From positions 153,466,818-153,530,817 of the forward strand of contig NC_068983.1 in NCBI RefSeq assembly GCF_001194135.2: a stretch of 64,000 nucleotides of DNA, written 5' to 3'. This document shows positions 1 through 13,981 of the stretch, one piece after another. Numbering within the stretch: the stretch's first letter is position 1; every line of letters starts with the position of its first letter. The notes beneath the pieces are model-generated. The model saw only the letters and a program-made list of their open reading frames with translations, ran no database searches and was not told where the DNA came from. Both the position numbers and the translations under genes were made by a program. This DNA is from Octopus bimaculoides. Lineage: Eukaryota.

Positions 1-439
1 ATATATATATATATATATATATATACGTACAAAGTAACTTGCTTACTTACACATAATCATACATATGTATGTTAGTGTGTAGCAGTGTTTAGTTTCAATG
101 TTTCAATGCTATGCAGTTATGGACTGAAGAAATTTATCTAGATTTTTAGCCAAAACTTAGTCAAAGATACTTAGTCAAAGAACTTAGTCAAATATACATG
201 CAAACAGCTTATCCTCATCCAATATCACTGGATGAACACATGTTGGGTGGGGGGCAACAAATTAATTTCAATCCTGATCAAGAATATCATTGGCGTCTGA
301 TTATCCTGCTTTAAACTCCTCGCAGAAATATTGCCTATAAATACACTTCTAGAATCCAATGCAATTTTGGAGTCGACTATTTCTTTGAAACCAACTCTTA
401 AATGCATCAGAAAAATGTCAATATCAATATATCACTTAT

Positions 440-607
440 TGGCAAATTTTTCCGTCTTTACGTTCTGAGTTCAAATTCCACCGAGCTCGAATTTACCTTG
501 CATTCTTTTGAGGTTCATAAAATAATTACCAGTTCCTGAGTTCGATGCAATTGACTAAGCCCCTCTCCGAAATTGTTGGCATTGTGCCAACTTTTGAAAT
601 CAATATT
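440..607 (+). mobile_element. SINE family A, degenerate 5'-truncated copy
   Basis: TTTACGTTCTGAGTTCAAATTCC (B-box-like) followed by the core (ATAAAATAATTACCAG) and the TTGTGCC tail; aligns by eye to 1007-1222. Confidence 0.6.
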
Positions 608-1006
608 AATGTATTTCTTCAGTGAAATATGCTAATGTTAGTTAGCAAAGCTGACCCGTCATTAGCATATAGAAAAGCTGAGAGAATGTAGCGACTCAGA
701 TTACATATACCTCCTGTATGATTTCTTGCATGCTGAAATTAATTACTGTTCAGATAAGATATGCAACAAACCAAATAGTAACCAATTAATATATGGCATC
801 ATAAACCGTGATTACAACAGGGCTTTCAAAACCTTTTCTTCCTCTCTCCCTCTTTGTATTATACATACATACATACATACATGCATACATGCATGCATAC
901 ATAGTCACGCACACAAATATATCCAGGCACGCATGTACGCATGAAATCACTCCTCAGCAAAATTGATCCCAGGAAGTTTTTTGTTTGCCAATTATTAATT
1001 TGGTAC

Positions 1007-1222
1007 AAGGCGGTGAGCTGGCAGAACCGTTAGCACGCCGGGTGAAATGCTTAGCGGTATTTCGTCTTCTTTACGTTCTGAGTTCAAATTCCGCTGAGGT
1101 TGACTTTCTCTTTCATCCTTCCAGGATCGATAAATTAGATACCAGTTGCGTACTGGGGTCGATCTAATCGACTGGCCCCCTCCCCCAAAATTTCATGCTT
1201 TGTGCCTAGAGTAGAAAAGAAA
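1007..1222 (+). mobile_element. SINE family A, full length, tail type 1
   Basis: Head GGCGGTGAGCTGGCAGAA, B-box-like GAGTTCAAATTCC, core CTTTCATCCTT..GATAAATTAGATACCAG. The 14 bp TSD TATTAATTTGGTAC lies at 993-1006 and 1223-1236. Confidence 0.9.
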
Positions 1223-1267
1223 TATTAATTTGGTACGTTAACGGTTTGTATATAAAGTATGTAAGTC

Positions 1268-1450
1268 GTCGAGCGGGCAGAATCTTTATCATGCCGGGTA
1301 AAATGCTTAGCAGATTTCACTTGTCTTTACGTTCTGAGTTCAAATGTCACTGAGGTCGCCTTTGCTTTCCATCATTCGTGGTTGATAAAATAAATACCAG
1401 TTGAGTACTGGTGTCACTGATGCAGACTAGCCCCCTCCACAACACTGTAG
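1268..1450 (+). mobile_element. SINE family A, diverged copy
   Basis: Shares AAATGCTTAGC, TTTACGTTCTGAGTTCAAAT and GATAAAATAAATACCAGTTGAGTACTGG with the neighbouring copy. Confidence 0.7.
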
Positions 1451-1929
1451 AAGAGAGGATATAAAGTAGGTATATAGGTTATTTAATCTAAACGTCGCCT
1501 TACCTCCTCCAAATACTCCGTACAACATTTTGAGAAGAGAAACAAATTTTCCAAAGATTCATAAACTTTTTTTATCGAGAATCACAAAGTCACAAATTCC
1601 AGATTCCCACCTTTTGTCTTTGATGAACAATATCTCAAGTTTGACTGAAAAACTTAAAGTGTTATATATAGGACAGGAATAATAGATCTTTTATTTGAAA
1701 TTATTCTTTATAATAGAATAGTTTTAAAACGGTTTTAAATTTCAAGACGCGTTCAATTATTGTTTTTAATTGGAAATTTGCAATAAGTTACTTTTAAAGA
1801 TGAAACGATATATTGTGTGCAAATAGTTCTAATATAATTTGGACAGCTAGATTATGTGATGTTATTTTCTTTAGTTTTAGATACAACTTCAAAGGAAAAG
1901 AAATTCCTTGTTGATTTGGATATTAATGA

Positions 1930-2700
1930 TTAAATTATTTTTCTTCGTGAAAACAGTTGCAACATATTATTGTGTGCACAGCATACTAAAGAAACTATCA
2001 ACCTACTTCTCTGTTTAAATAAAATATATATCACTACTAGAGAACTTACTCTCTATAAAAGCAGAAAAGTTCTGATTGTCATTAAACTACCACAAATACT
2101 GATAATGAGGATGGAAATGCTTTGTTTAGGAAAGAAAAAATGTCTACTCAAACAGCCGCACGTCTTTAAAACTGCTGAAATCAAAACTTTCCGAAAGGAC
2201 AATTTTTAAGAAGTTAAAAGAAGCTGATTTTTTCCAAGAGACGTTGTTGGAAGCCTCTTTGAACTAAAGTAATCATTAGTGTTGGATTAAAAGTCTTAGC
2301 CTAGTACAGTTACTGTAATACAGAATGTTTTCTGAAAGTCATGTGAAGTGAGGAATCACAAAGTTACAGGCTTCTTGTAACCTTACAATGAAAATGTATT
2401 TCAACGAATGTGAAGCATGGAGAACATCATACATGGCAGTAAAGTGTCTTTTCAAACGTAATTGTTTATGATTTTATAAAGTGTTAATAGTCGTATATCG
2501 TCTAACATTACTTAGAAGTTAAATTTTCCTGATAATCATGTTTCTGTCAGCTCAGATTACATATTTAACTCCCGAGATAAAGATTTGGCATGTATTCAGC
2601 ACATAACTGTGGGAAGAAACTTTTCAAATTCTGATAAAATTTGGAAAGTTGTGAAACATAACTGTCATTTCAATTTCCGGCGTAACCACATTGTCATTGC
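1930..2700 (+). mobile_element. Highly degenerate Tc1-like transposase remnant
   Basis: Hand translation gives SERTIFKKLKEADFF (from 2190; cf. Tc1 SERTIRRRL.EAG) and CISTNVKHG (2395-2421; cf. C...TVKHG). Many stops and frameshifts; boundaries approximate. Confidence 0.4.
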
Positions 2701-2959
2701 AGACATATATCTTTAATATATGTCTAGAATGTCTAACTAGTCCTGATATTGCCTGAAATGTTTTGTGGAAGTTTTACTTGTGAAATTAGGAGCAGCTCTG
2801 CGTTTGTTCAAAGTGGATTTCAGTCCGTCACTGCATGAGCACATAAGTGGAAATTAAAGGAACCAAATCTGCACCATAACCGCTGGTAGCGTTATGCATA
2901 TAAACATGCTGTCAGTTGTATGGTTGACAATCAATGGTTAGCCAATCCAGTTTTGGTGA

Positions 2960-3270
2960 AGTTGCATGGCTGAATGAGTAGGTTATTAGGCTTATGATCC
3001 ATTAGGTCGTGAGTTCAATATACATGTCGGTGTGTTGTGTCCTTGATTTATACAATTTAATTACACGTGCTCCAGTCCATTCAGCTGGCATAAATAAGTA
3101 GTACCTGTATTTCAAAGGACCAGTCTTATCACAATCGATGTCATGCTGAATCTCCTTGAGACGTACTAGTGTCTGGAGAGGGCTCAGCCACTTACACGTT
3201 GATTTCACCAGCAGGCTGTTCCGTTAATCGGATCAACTGGAACCATGGTTGTCGTAACTGACGGAGTGCC
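2960..3270 (+). mobile_element. SINE family C (tRNA-like head; 3' module shared with 33365-33626)
   Basis: GAGTTCAAT B-box-like motif, TGTGTTGTGTCCTTGA, GCTCCAGTCCATTCAGCTG, then GTACCTGTATTTCAAAGGACCAGTCTTATCACA..GCTGAATCTCC, which matches 33563-33620. Confidence 0.7.
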
Positions 3271-5136
3271 AATTAATCCTGTTTTTGAGTATGCACTACG
3301 TCCACGCACAATGCACGCTAGAAACTCTTTAAAATCATTGCTATAGGGAGTTTCAAAGGCCTTCAGTTCTGCTATTTGATACACAATCTGATCTTTCCCA
3401 AAATGAAGTCTCCTTTCTAGCTATAGACATCCTAATGAACAGTGATAATGTCAAGGAATAAAGGTTCATTCACTTGTGTAGTAGTGCTAAGCATAGTAAC
3501 GAGAACTGATTCTCTATAAGGTTGCTTAATTTGGAAACTTGAAATCATCCCGATATTTAGCATACCTATCACATATGAAACTTGATAGGGTGAGCTTTTA
3601 CCTTGATTCAGTTTTCCAGTGATCAAGTATCATGTCTGAAAATGTGTCTGTGTTTAACAATGTGAATACACTGTTTTCGAATATCTTAGAATATTTTTAT
3701 GTGCCGTCTAAACAGAGTTCCTATCTTAGAAAAGTATATCAGGGATTGCACAATGGTAATAAATTTAAATGTTAGTAGTTTCAAATTCCTGTTTGACTCA
3801 TCTGTCTCCAATATCTTGCATATAACCAAGGCCTTCTCCGTCCTTTTCGAACTATGGTGATTTATCTATGGAGCTAAAGCTGGAAAGATGCGCTAACACC
3901 CTCTAGATCAACTCTGTTGCGTTAATCAGTTATATTTGATTTCATTTACGTTTCTTATAAGAGAAACATCATCTCATCATCGTAGACATGTTGCAAGTAA
4001 ACAAGCAGTGGACAACAGAGGAATGTTATTTTGGAATATCGTGTTCTGTGTAAGTCATAAGGTCATAATTGTCAGCTTGCAGCAAAACAACAATATAAAA
4101 CAAAAATACAAAAATGCAAAAATCGAAAGATCTTCAAGAGAATAAATTCCTCACTCATGAAATCGTATTCAGCACCAGTTTTCAATGGAATCATCTCCAA
4201 CAAAGCCCCCATTTGAGTTACATGGGCCTTCATAACAGTGCATTTGATTAAACATAGTAACACACATATGCGTACACACATATGTATGTATGTATATACA
4301 TTTATATATACATATATATATATATATATACATATGTATGTATGTATGTAACAGCATAAGTCTTAAACAAAATCAGTATGAGTGACGATCAATACATTGT
4401 CTATTGCGTTGGTGATATTTGTGAAACACAGACCATTATAGCAAATTTGTTTCCAGGATATTTCCCATAATGGAAAATCACAAGATGAAATAGAAACCGC
4501 AGATCACATTGTTAATCGATAACCAAATCTACCAGACTTAACTCTATGGTTTCAGACGCTTACTGTCATTTGTTAGTTGATGCAATATATTTTCATCATT
4601 TAGTTAAGTTGGATACGTTTCATACCATAATGAATTTTCTTCACATGAACATTTTATGTTACTGTTATTTTGTTCTTGAGCATCAGATTAGTCATGATTA
4701 AAAATACCTATGATCAAAGCGTATGTTAAAAGATAGTCCAGTATGTATACTATTATACAAGATCATACATAACGCCTTTCGTATTCTTAGATTGTATAAG
4801 TGTTATTTAAACAAGATGTACTTGCTTTTGTTTAGCGTGGTGTGATACTACTTAAATGTTCCCTCGTATAATCTAGTGGAGTAAAGTGTTTGTAAATATT
4901 TTTTTTTAATATGTAAGCACGTTGCTTGAAACTTTGAAACATGTGATTGCGCAATGAGATCAACTACACTATCTGATTTATAATTTATTTTATACACTTT
5001 ATCAAATGTATAGAGGCAAATATTATTCCTGCGGAAATTGAAATGAGAACGCAAAGAACGGAGAGAAATATTACCTGACATTCTTTATGACGCTATAACG
5101 ATTCCACTAGTCCACAATTTTGAAGAGTTTGATGAT

Positions 5137-5335
5137 ATTCTTTCTACAACAGGCACAAAGCGTAAAATTGTGGCGATGGAGCAATCGATTGCATTGAACC
5201 AGGGTTCAACTGGTACATACTTTCACGACCCCGAATGAATGAAACATTAAGTCAACCTCGCGATTTTTAAACTTAAAACGTAAAGCAGTAAAAAATACAG
5301 CTAACCATTCTGTTCGGAACGGTAATGTATCGGCC
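5137..5335 (-). mobile_element. SINE family A, diverged antisense copy
   Basis: Reverse complement of the tail (TCTACAACAGGCACAA) and the core (AACTGGTAC..CGACCCCGAATGAATGAAA). Confidence 0.6.
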
Positions 5336-5374
5336 GACTTGACGTCATAGAGGCTAAGTCATATATGCTTTTAA

Positions 5375-5744
5375 TCTTTTACTTGTTTCAGTAATTTGAC
5401 TGCGGCCATGCTGCAGCACAACCTTTAGGCGAACAAATCGTCTCCAGGACTTATACTTTCTAACCCTAGTACCTATGCTATCGGTCTCTTTTTGCCGAAC
5501 CGCTAGATCACGGGGACGTAAACACACCGACACCGGTTGTCAAGCCATGGTGGCGGGACAAATACAGACACACACACAAATACACACATATACATATATA
5601 CGACGAGCCTCTTTCAGTTTCCGTCTACCAAATCCACTTACATGGCTTTGGATAGCCCCAGGTTAAAGCATGAGACACTTACTCAGGGTGCCACGCTGTT
5701 GGACTGAACCCGGAACCATGCGGCTGGGAAGCCAACTTCTTACC
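5375..5744 (-). mobile_element. SINE family B (internal CA/TA microsatellite); 5' end runs into the gap
   Basis: Reverse complement reads GGTAAGAAGTTGGCTTCCCAGCC..GGGTTCAGTCC..GGATTTGGTAGACGGAAACTGAAAGA..GCATGGCCGCAGTCAAAT. The family has 8 recognisable copies or fragments in this window. Confidence 0.85.
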
Positions 5745-7160
5745 NNNNNNNNNNNNNNNNNNNNNNNNNNNNNNNNNNNNNNNNNNNNNNNNNNNNNNNN
5801 NNNNNNNNNNNNNNNNNNNNNNNNNNNNNNNNNNNNNNNNNNNNNNNNNNNNNNNNNNNNNNNNNNNNNNNNNNNNNNNNNNNNNNNNNNNNNNNNNNNN
5901 NNNNNNNNNNNNNNNNNNNNNNNNNNNNNNNNNNNNNNNNNNNNNNNNNNNNNNNNNNNNNNNNNNNNNNNNNNNNNNNNNNNNNNNNNNNNNNNNNNNN
6001 NNNNNNNNNNNNNNNNNNNNNNNNNNNNNNNNNNNNNNNNNNNNNNNNNNNNNNNNNNNNNNNNNNNNNNNNNNNNNNNNNNNNNNNNNNNNNNNNNNNN
6101 NNNNNNNNNNNNNNNNNNNNNNNNNNNNNNNNNNNNNNNNNNNNNNNNNNNNNNNNNNNNNNNNNNNNNNNNNNNNNNNNNNNNNNNNNNNNNNNNNNNN
6201 NNNNNNNNNNNNNNNNNNNNNNNNNNNNNNNNNNNNNNNNNNNNNNNNNNNNNNNNNNNNNNNNNNNNNNNNNNNNNNNNNNNNNNNNNNNNNNNNNNNN
6301 NNNNNNNNNNNNNNNNNNNNNNNNNNNNNNNNNNNNNNNNNNNNNNNNNNNNNNNNNNNNNNNNNNNNNNNNNNNNNNNNNNNNNNNNNNNNNNNNNNNN
6401 NNNNNNNNNNNNNNNNNNNNNNNNNNNNNNNNNNNNNNNNNNNNNNNNNNNNNNNNNNNNNNNNNNNNNNNNNNNNNNNNNNNNNNNNNNNNTATATATA
6501 TACGCACATACATATTGTTTTAGAGAGAAGAAAGTAAATTTCCAAAGCAGTAAAGCTGTAAGAATGGCTGAGAAAGGTTTGGCTATTTACCCTTATACAA
6601 CGCAAACAAGCTGCCAGAGTTATAAAGTTTATAAGATTAAATACACAACATTTCTCTTGCAGCATTACTGCGATCGAAATTTACTTTTTTGCCTGTAATA
6701 TAACAAGCATATTCGAGGCTTCCAAATGTTGTTTAATACACACACACACATATATATATATATATCTGAAATCGTGGTATACATGCGCGGCCGGGAACAA
6801 AACGGCCATTTATACGTGGAAAATTCTCTTCCGCCAGAAACTGAACCAGTTACGCAGTTCCAACAGTTGTATTATTACAGCAATGCTGCGATATACGTTC
6901 AATAAATTATATTCACTAATATATAAGAACATATTAGGCAAGCTGTTCACAAATATTGGGTAGGCTTTTAAATTCTCATAATCCTGTGTTCATATTTTAT
7001 GTATGCTATATACAATTTATCTGCCTTTGACTTTACATGTCTTCGTCCATTTTTATTTACCTTCATTTCCTTCATTTTGTCTGTATATACATATAAGTAT
7101 GCATATATATATATATATATACACGTATATATGTATATATATATTTATATATGTATATAC

Positions 7161-7204
<44 letters not shown>

Positions 7205-8154
7205 NNNNNNNNNNNNNNNNNNNNNNNNNNNNNNNNNNNNNNNNNNNNNNNNNNNNNNNNNNNNNNNNNNNNNNNNNNNNNNNNNNNNNNNNNNNNNNNN
7301 NNNNNNNNNNNNNNNNNNNNNNNNNNNNNNNNNNNNNNNNNNNNNNNNNNNNNNNNNNNNNNNNNNNNNNNNNNNNNNNNNNNNNNNNNNNNNNNNNNNN
7401 NNNNNNNNNNNNNNNNNNNNNNNNNNNNNNNNNNNNNNNNNNNNNNNNNNNNNNNNNNNNNNNNNNNNNNNNNNNNNNNNNNNNNNNNNNNNNNNNNNNN
7501 NNNNNNNNNNNNNNNNNNNNNNNNNNNNNNNNNNNNNNNNNNNNNNNNNNNNNNNNNNNNNNNNNNNNNNNNNNNNNNNNNNNNNNNNNNNNNNNNNNNN
7601 NNNNNNNNNNNNNNNNNNNNNNNNNNNNNNNNNNNNNNNNNNNNNNNNNNNNNNNNNNNNNNNNNNNNNNNNNNNNNNNNNNNNNNNNNNNNNNNNNNNN
7701 NNNNNNNNNNNNNNNNNNNNNNNNNNNNNNNNNNNNNNNNNNNNNNNNNNNNNNNNNNNNNNNNNNNNNNNNNNNNNNNNNNNNNNNNNNNNNNNNNNNN
7801 NNNNNNNNNNNNNNNNNNNNNNNNNNNNNNNNNNNNNNNNNNNNNNNNNNNNNNNNNNNNNNNNNNNNNNNNNNNNNNNNNNNNNNNNNNNNNNNNNNNN
7901 NNNNNNNNNNNNNNNNNNNNNNNNNNNNNNNNNNNNNNNNNNNNNNNNNNNNNNNNNNNNNNNNNNNNNNNNNNNNNNNNNNNNNNNNNNNNNNNNNNNN
8001 NNNNNNNNNNNNNNNNNNNNNNNNNNNNNNNNNNNNNNNNNNNNNNNNNNNNNNNNNNNNNNNNNNNNNNNNNNNNNNNNNNNNNNNNNNNNNNNNNNNN
8101 NNNNNNNNNNNNNNNNNNNNNNNNNNNNNNNNNNNNNNNNNNNNNNNNNNNNNN

Positions 8155-8219
<65 letters not shown>

Positions 8220-9333
8220 GCGTATGTATGCGATATAAATGCAATGTTTATTGAAATTTTCTGTTAAATATACTTTAGCTTATATAACATCAGAAGCAGC
8301 CTTGATCTTTCTTTTTATGAGAAAAATAATTTATTTATTTATATTTTTTATATTATGTTAATATATATGAACAATAAATATTATATCCCCATCTCTATTT
8401 TCAGCAACGCCGACTTAAAAAACAAGACGGCCATAAAACCTCGCCGTAAAGCGTAGATTCTGAAATTAAGATGGAATATTATATTGCAACAATTACCATT
8501 TGATTGGAGTCCATAAATATGGTCTTCACATTATTTCAAAGATAAATATATTCCTATTTTGTTACTGCTTCTTGTGTTTCTCTTTGTAGATTTTTGCATT
8601 TATTCTTCATAATTCTTATAATTCATGTAGATAGTGTTTTAAGTGTTAAAACTTATGATGTGTCCCTTAATTGTTTTTTGTTATTTAGTGCAAAATTATA
8701 TTTGATTGATCAGACCTATTATTAAAGATAATCGAGCCGTAGCAATCTATCTAATTCATTTTTTTCTGAAAGAATATTTTATATGGGTTGGGTTGCGAGG
8801 GTGGCGTTGGAACGATATCACTAAACATATTGAACCGCATTGTACGGTGTTAAACTATCCCATCTCCAAGTTTCAGTTTCTAGCTAAATGCTTTCAGTTT
8901 CACTTGAACCAACCATGTAGTCCGTTTTGCAAAATAATTCACGCATGCAGATATTTCAAGTAATTTAAAACTGCAATGCATGTTTTTTGTTCGATCTTAA
9001 CTTTCAACGGGAAGAGGCTATATGTTGGTTTCTTTTTTGCAGAAGTGCGAGACCACATTTATTTCTTCACAGCAACGTTTTAAAGAAAATTTGAACTATT
9101 ACAATTTAACACCCTAAATTTCAAAAAGAAATAAAAGATCTGTTTATATAATATAGAAATTAAATACTTAAAATGTGTATCTCTTTGTTGGTGAAATCTA
9201 CAGACAAAGGTCAAATGATTTAGATAAGTGCGATGAACTACAATATAAGTTACACCGAACTCTATTTGATGAGGTCCACTGAAACTTATAAGTATATAAA
9301 ATGAATAAAACATTCACAGCACTCTTTATGGAT

Positions 9334-9378
<45 letters not shown>

Positions 9379-9760
9379 NNNNNNNNNNNNNNNNNNNNNN
9401 NNNNNNNNNNNNNNNNNNNNNNNNNNNNNNNNNNNNNNNNNNNNNNNNNNNNNNNNNNNNNNNNNNNNNNNNNNNNNNNNNNNNNNNNNNNNNNNNNNNN
9501 NNNNNNNNNNNNNNNNTAAATAGAGCTCAAAATTGATCCGTTGAAAATACTTTATTGCAACAACAATAACAATAATAACAATAATAATAACAAATAAATA
9601 GACCTATGTACATTTCGATAGAACATCTACAATGATTAATACATATCATAAAATATTATAAAATATTATAAAATATAGTATACTCCATTTCCTCGGGGTC
9701 CCATTATTATTGCTATCATCACCGTCATTATTATTAGCAATACACATCTCCATAAAACGA

Positions 9761-9799
<39 letters not shown>

Positions 9800-10067
9800 T
9801 AGGCACTCAACACGACATACTGAACAAATATGAGAAAGTGTGTGGTAAGGAGAAAATGAGCTGAAAAGAATATGTAGCGCAATCCTATGTCAGGATACGC
9901 ACATTTCAACCGTAAACTAATTCCTTAACAGCGCATTTTTGCATAACGTCATGTCATTTAAAGGATTTTTGCTTATAGTCTTATTACTTGCCGATACACA
10001 GTAAGTTTACACCAACCAGGAATTTTGAGTCAAAATGCATTCCAGTTTCATAATTAATAGCACACTT

Positions 10068-10210
10068 TTCAAATTTCGCCGAGGTCGAGTTTGCCCTTCA
10101 ACCTTTCGGGGCCGATAAATTAACTACCAGTTGAGTAATGGGGTCGATGTAATCGACTATCTTGTTGCCACCCAAATTTCAGGCCTTGTGCCTAAAGTAG
10201 AAAAGATAAT
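10068..10210 (+). mobile_element. SINE family A, 3' two-thirds
   Basis: CGCCGAGGTCGAG..CCTTTCGGGGCCGATAAATTAACTACCAG..GGCCTTGTGCCTAAAGTAGAAAAGA. Confidence 0.75.
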
Positions 10211-10939
10211 TAATGGCACACTCACCAAACTGATTAGGTGCAATTAATTACAATTACTGAACCCTTACATATTAAAATATTTCCCAAAGGTCAAGTTGTA
10301 TTTCACTACCAAAAATTTTCAATATATTTTAAGTGCGATACGATGGTATGGATAACTCATGCCATTTGCCTTTTTAGCAAAGATATGCCTATGTTTCAAA
10401 AGATGGGGCATACGTGTATAAAGTGAAATACAGTATGTACCTAGCAAGCTATCTTCTGCAGTTTAATAACTCGTTATAATATCTTCAACTCTAAAGGGCC
10501 AGCAGTAAACTACGAACCAGTATTGATTCGTAAAATGCACAGCGTTTTGCTAAAGTGTTTTAATCACCTATGTAGACGTGGGTGTATATAGAAATGCTCT
10601 CGAATCTTGACATTATGGGCCTAGTGTTAGCAAAAAGGAAAGAGAGGAATAAAAATATTCAGGTGGTATATAGGGGCAGGTTGAAATGTAGTTCCTTACT
10701 CAAAGATACAAGAAGCCGCCCATTTCAAGATTTAAATACACGACATTATGTTCGTAAGCTGAATATGCCTTACCACAAGGTCACTCACCTTCATACAAGA
10801 TCTATAAGTTTGCGCACAGCTTCTGGGGTTCCCAACCGATCACCCATCTAGGAATTAAAAACTCGATGTCGCTTGACGAGAACCGGTGTGTCAATGTGTT
10901 ATATTCGTTAAAAATAATGCTGAAGAAATATGGTACATA

Positions 10940-11169
10940 GGAGGCGAGCTGGCAGAAAAGTTAGCACGTCGGGCGAAATGCTTAGCGGTATTTCGTCTGA
11001 CGTCACGTTCTGAGTTCAAATTCTGCCGAGGTCGACTTAGCCTTTCATCCTTTCGGGGTCGATTAAATAAGTACTAGTTACGCACTGGGGTCGATATAAC
11101 CGAGTTAATCCGTTTGTCTGTCCTTGTTTGTCCCCTCTGTGTGTAGCCCATTGTGGGCAGTAAGGAAAT
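10940..11169 (+). mobile_element. SINE family A, full length, tail type 2
   Basis: Same head and core as 1007-1222, but the tail is GTTTGTCCCCTCTGTGTGTAGCCCATTGTGGGCAGTAAGGAAAT. The 17 bp TSD AAGAAATATGGTACATA lies at 10923-10939 and 11170-11186. Confidence 0.9.
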
Positions 11170-13953
11170 AAGAAATATGGTACATAATCCTTATGTAGGC
11201 ATCAACGTTATTTCTGGATAAATATATTACCTGCAAAAGGATATAACAGACCAAAGAAAAAAAAATTAATAAAGTAGTTTTATATAAAACCGCTCCCGTT
11301 AAGCTGATATGATTATACAAGTCTGCATAACTCTAATTACATTCACATTAACGTTTGGCTCGTATTTCCTGACCAAACCTTTCCAATTCAATAATCCCAT
11401 CAACTTTCCGTCAGCATGTCGAGGACTACAATGTCTAATAAATCGTTTGTTTTAGATGATAGGTAGGCAATTTCGTTTCATGTAGCCCTGAAGAACACTG
11501 TGTTATTAACACAATATTTCCTTAAATTGATTTTTCCCGGACGTAAAAAGGCAGCTTATTAAGTATTGATAATGCTTTATATATATATANNNNNNNNNNN
11601 NNNNNNNNNNNNNNNNNNNNNNNNNNNNNNNNNNNNNNNNNNNNNNNNNNNNNNNNNNNNNNNNNNNNNNNNNNNNNNNNNNNNNNNNNNNNNNNNNNNN
11701 NNNNNNNNNNNNNNNNNNNNNNNNNNNATATAGGTGTATGTTCATACATACTTAAAAGCGTATATACCTATGTGCGGATATATCTGTGGAAGTTATCATT
11801 TAGTCAATTCTAATTTGTTTGTTAATGTGTTTGTAGTTGTATAAAGATGTGTAGAGTTTTGTCGGTGGTTGTAAAAGCCATTACTGTATTTGGTTATATA
11901 TTTTACATTCTTTCGAAAATTGTGTCACGGTTGCACTTATGTTCCCTCCGTATGTGCTCATCACGATTTTGTACCAGCAATGATTAGTTTATATCAATCG
12001 ACAATAGCGTTTGTCAGATCAGCTCAGTTAGAATGTGACTGACACAGCTGAACGCATTTGTAACTGAGTTTATTATTTGGTCAATATTGAAGGCATCAGT
12101 GTTTTTGCTAGTAGTTCAATTAGAAAAGTAGATCATCGGAAAGTCTCAAATGGCATAGACTGCTGCAGTGGAAATACTCTTTACGTAAATTCGATCCTAA
12201 AAGTAAACCGTCACATCATTGTTTGACGTCGTTGCATTAGCCGATAGACGATGTTTCCCTCAAAATCCAAAAGTCAATTCCCATGCAAAAGCAAAAGCTA
12301 TTGTGTAATATCTATCATATGTATTTAACCTCATCTAGCCTTGCGAAATCAATTATATTAAAACCAAAAATGCCAGAGTTTTGCAGCGATTTAATTTGTA
12401 GATTCTCAAAAAAAAAAAAACCAGTGAACACTGTCGCGTTCGTGTCCTAATTTATGCTATTTGTCTTTTACTATAGTGACTCAGTATTCATCGAGACTCC
12501 TGCGTAAGATATAAGTATCTGAAAAGGACGCTTACCTTGCATTTGACATCTTGGAAATAATAGCGGGAATCATTAATTGGAACAGAATATTATCATGACA
12601 CTGTAGGAATTCCACACACTTGCGTCGTTCCAGTATTCACCTCATTGTGTAAACTCTATAACACCATCTGCAAATCATATATTACTGTCTGATTACAATA
12701 TACAGTTTCAATATATCATCTAAGCATAATGTGTGGTGAGCGTGTACGATATTTTCATTAGAGTAGTTATGTATATGACATAAGAATTCACAGCCGATTA
12801 TCGAATAAACGATACGATTGACTTAATGGTATTATCGAATGAAATGTGAATGTAATATTCATTACCTGAGAAGTTGAGATCAACAAACATTTATAACGAC
12901 ATGTGGAATGGCTAGATGATAAAATGTTCGTGAAAACTGCTGTCAGAACCATTCAGTAATTTATAAATCATCCTGCCGCGTACATGTTCACATATCCATA
13001 TTTATGTAAGTCATATCTAAGAATCAATATGTGTATGTATAAATCTCTCGTTTATACACACAACACATATGCACACTTTCACACACAACATATATATGTA
13101 TGTATGTATGTGCGCGCGTTATTCTGGAATGTAATGAATGCGTGTGCGTGTGTGTTTGTGTGCATGTATAAGGTATTCATAACTCATTAATTTAAAGACA
13201 TTTAAGGTATGGAACATTAGCATTGTTATAAAACAACTAAATTGCTTTTATTTAATTCCTTCCCTTTCAGAATTATATCAACGGATGTCAGTGCAAACCG
13301 TCACCTTTTATATAATAAAACTGTCCTTATTGCATCATACAGTGTGATAAAATGTACATCATAGATATAAGAGAAAAGTTAGCTGCCAATAAACAGCGAT
13401 ATGATCAAAGTTAAGAACAATGGTAACAACAACAAAACAATTACAATTGTATCTCCGACAAAGGCATGATAAAGTATTCAGTAAACAATAGCCAATAACG
13501 CCATGGATCTCGTGATAGCGTATTTTACGAAAACAAGCCTTCTCCTCCAAGCTCGTTTAATCGCCATTATCCTTGTCAACCTTAGCGTTATGATGATAAT
13601 CATGACGTCCATGAACACGATTGAGCTCATCACTGTCATCCACGTCGTCATTATTATCAACGCCATGCTCATCATTGTCGTGCCGCTGTTGCCATTGTCG
13701 TGACCAACATGAACGTGATCGTTATTCTTCTAATTACTAAGAATAACCGTATATCTCTCTTTATCTGATCGAAAGTAGAATTCATATATTTCAACAAGAT
13801 CAGTTATAATTACACAATATCATGGCATATATGCATACAAACATTGTGTGTGTGTGTGTGTATATAGTGTGTATTCACCACGATAGGTCGCTGACCACTA
13901 CATTTATATGTTTTTCTCCTTGTTTCTCTCTTTGTTTCTTTCTGTGTTCCTTT

Positions 13954-13981
13954 CAGTTGAAGAGCGTAGGCTCGAAACGTC
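13954..13981 (+). ncRNA. Degenerate Penelope-type minimal hammerhead motif
   Basis: CAGUUGA-A-GAGC(GUAG)GCUC-GAAACGUC. Stem II and GAAAC-GUC are intact, the CUGANGA box has 2 substitutions, and no stem I is visible. Confidence 0.4.

Noticed and set aside
146-191. Four short TTAG(T/C)CAAA repeats as a CRISPR-like or regulatory array
   Set aside because: The 9 bp units have 1-5 bp spacers, which is a small slippage repeat. The context is eukaryotic with no cas genes.
6767-6905. CpG-rich 46-codon open frame (EIVVYMRGREQNGHLYVENS..)
   Set aside because: There is no acceptor or start context and no homology that I recognise; it cannot be supported without expression data.
13478-13703. Hydrophobic membrane-protein-like ORFs
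   Set aside because: They derive from a decayed ATC/GTC trinucleotide repeat, and there are no splice or family signals.
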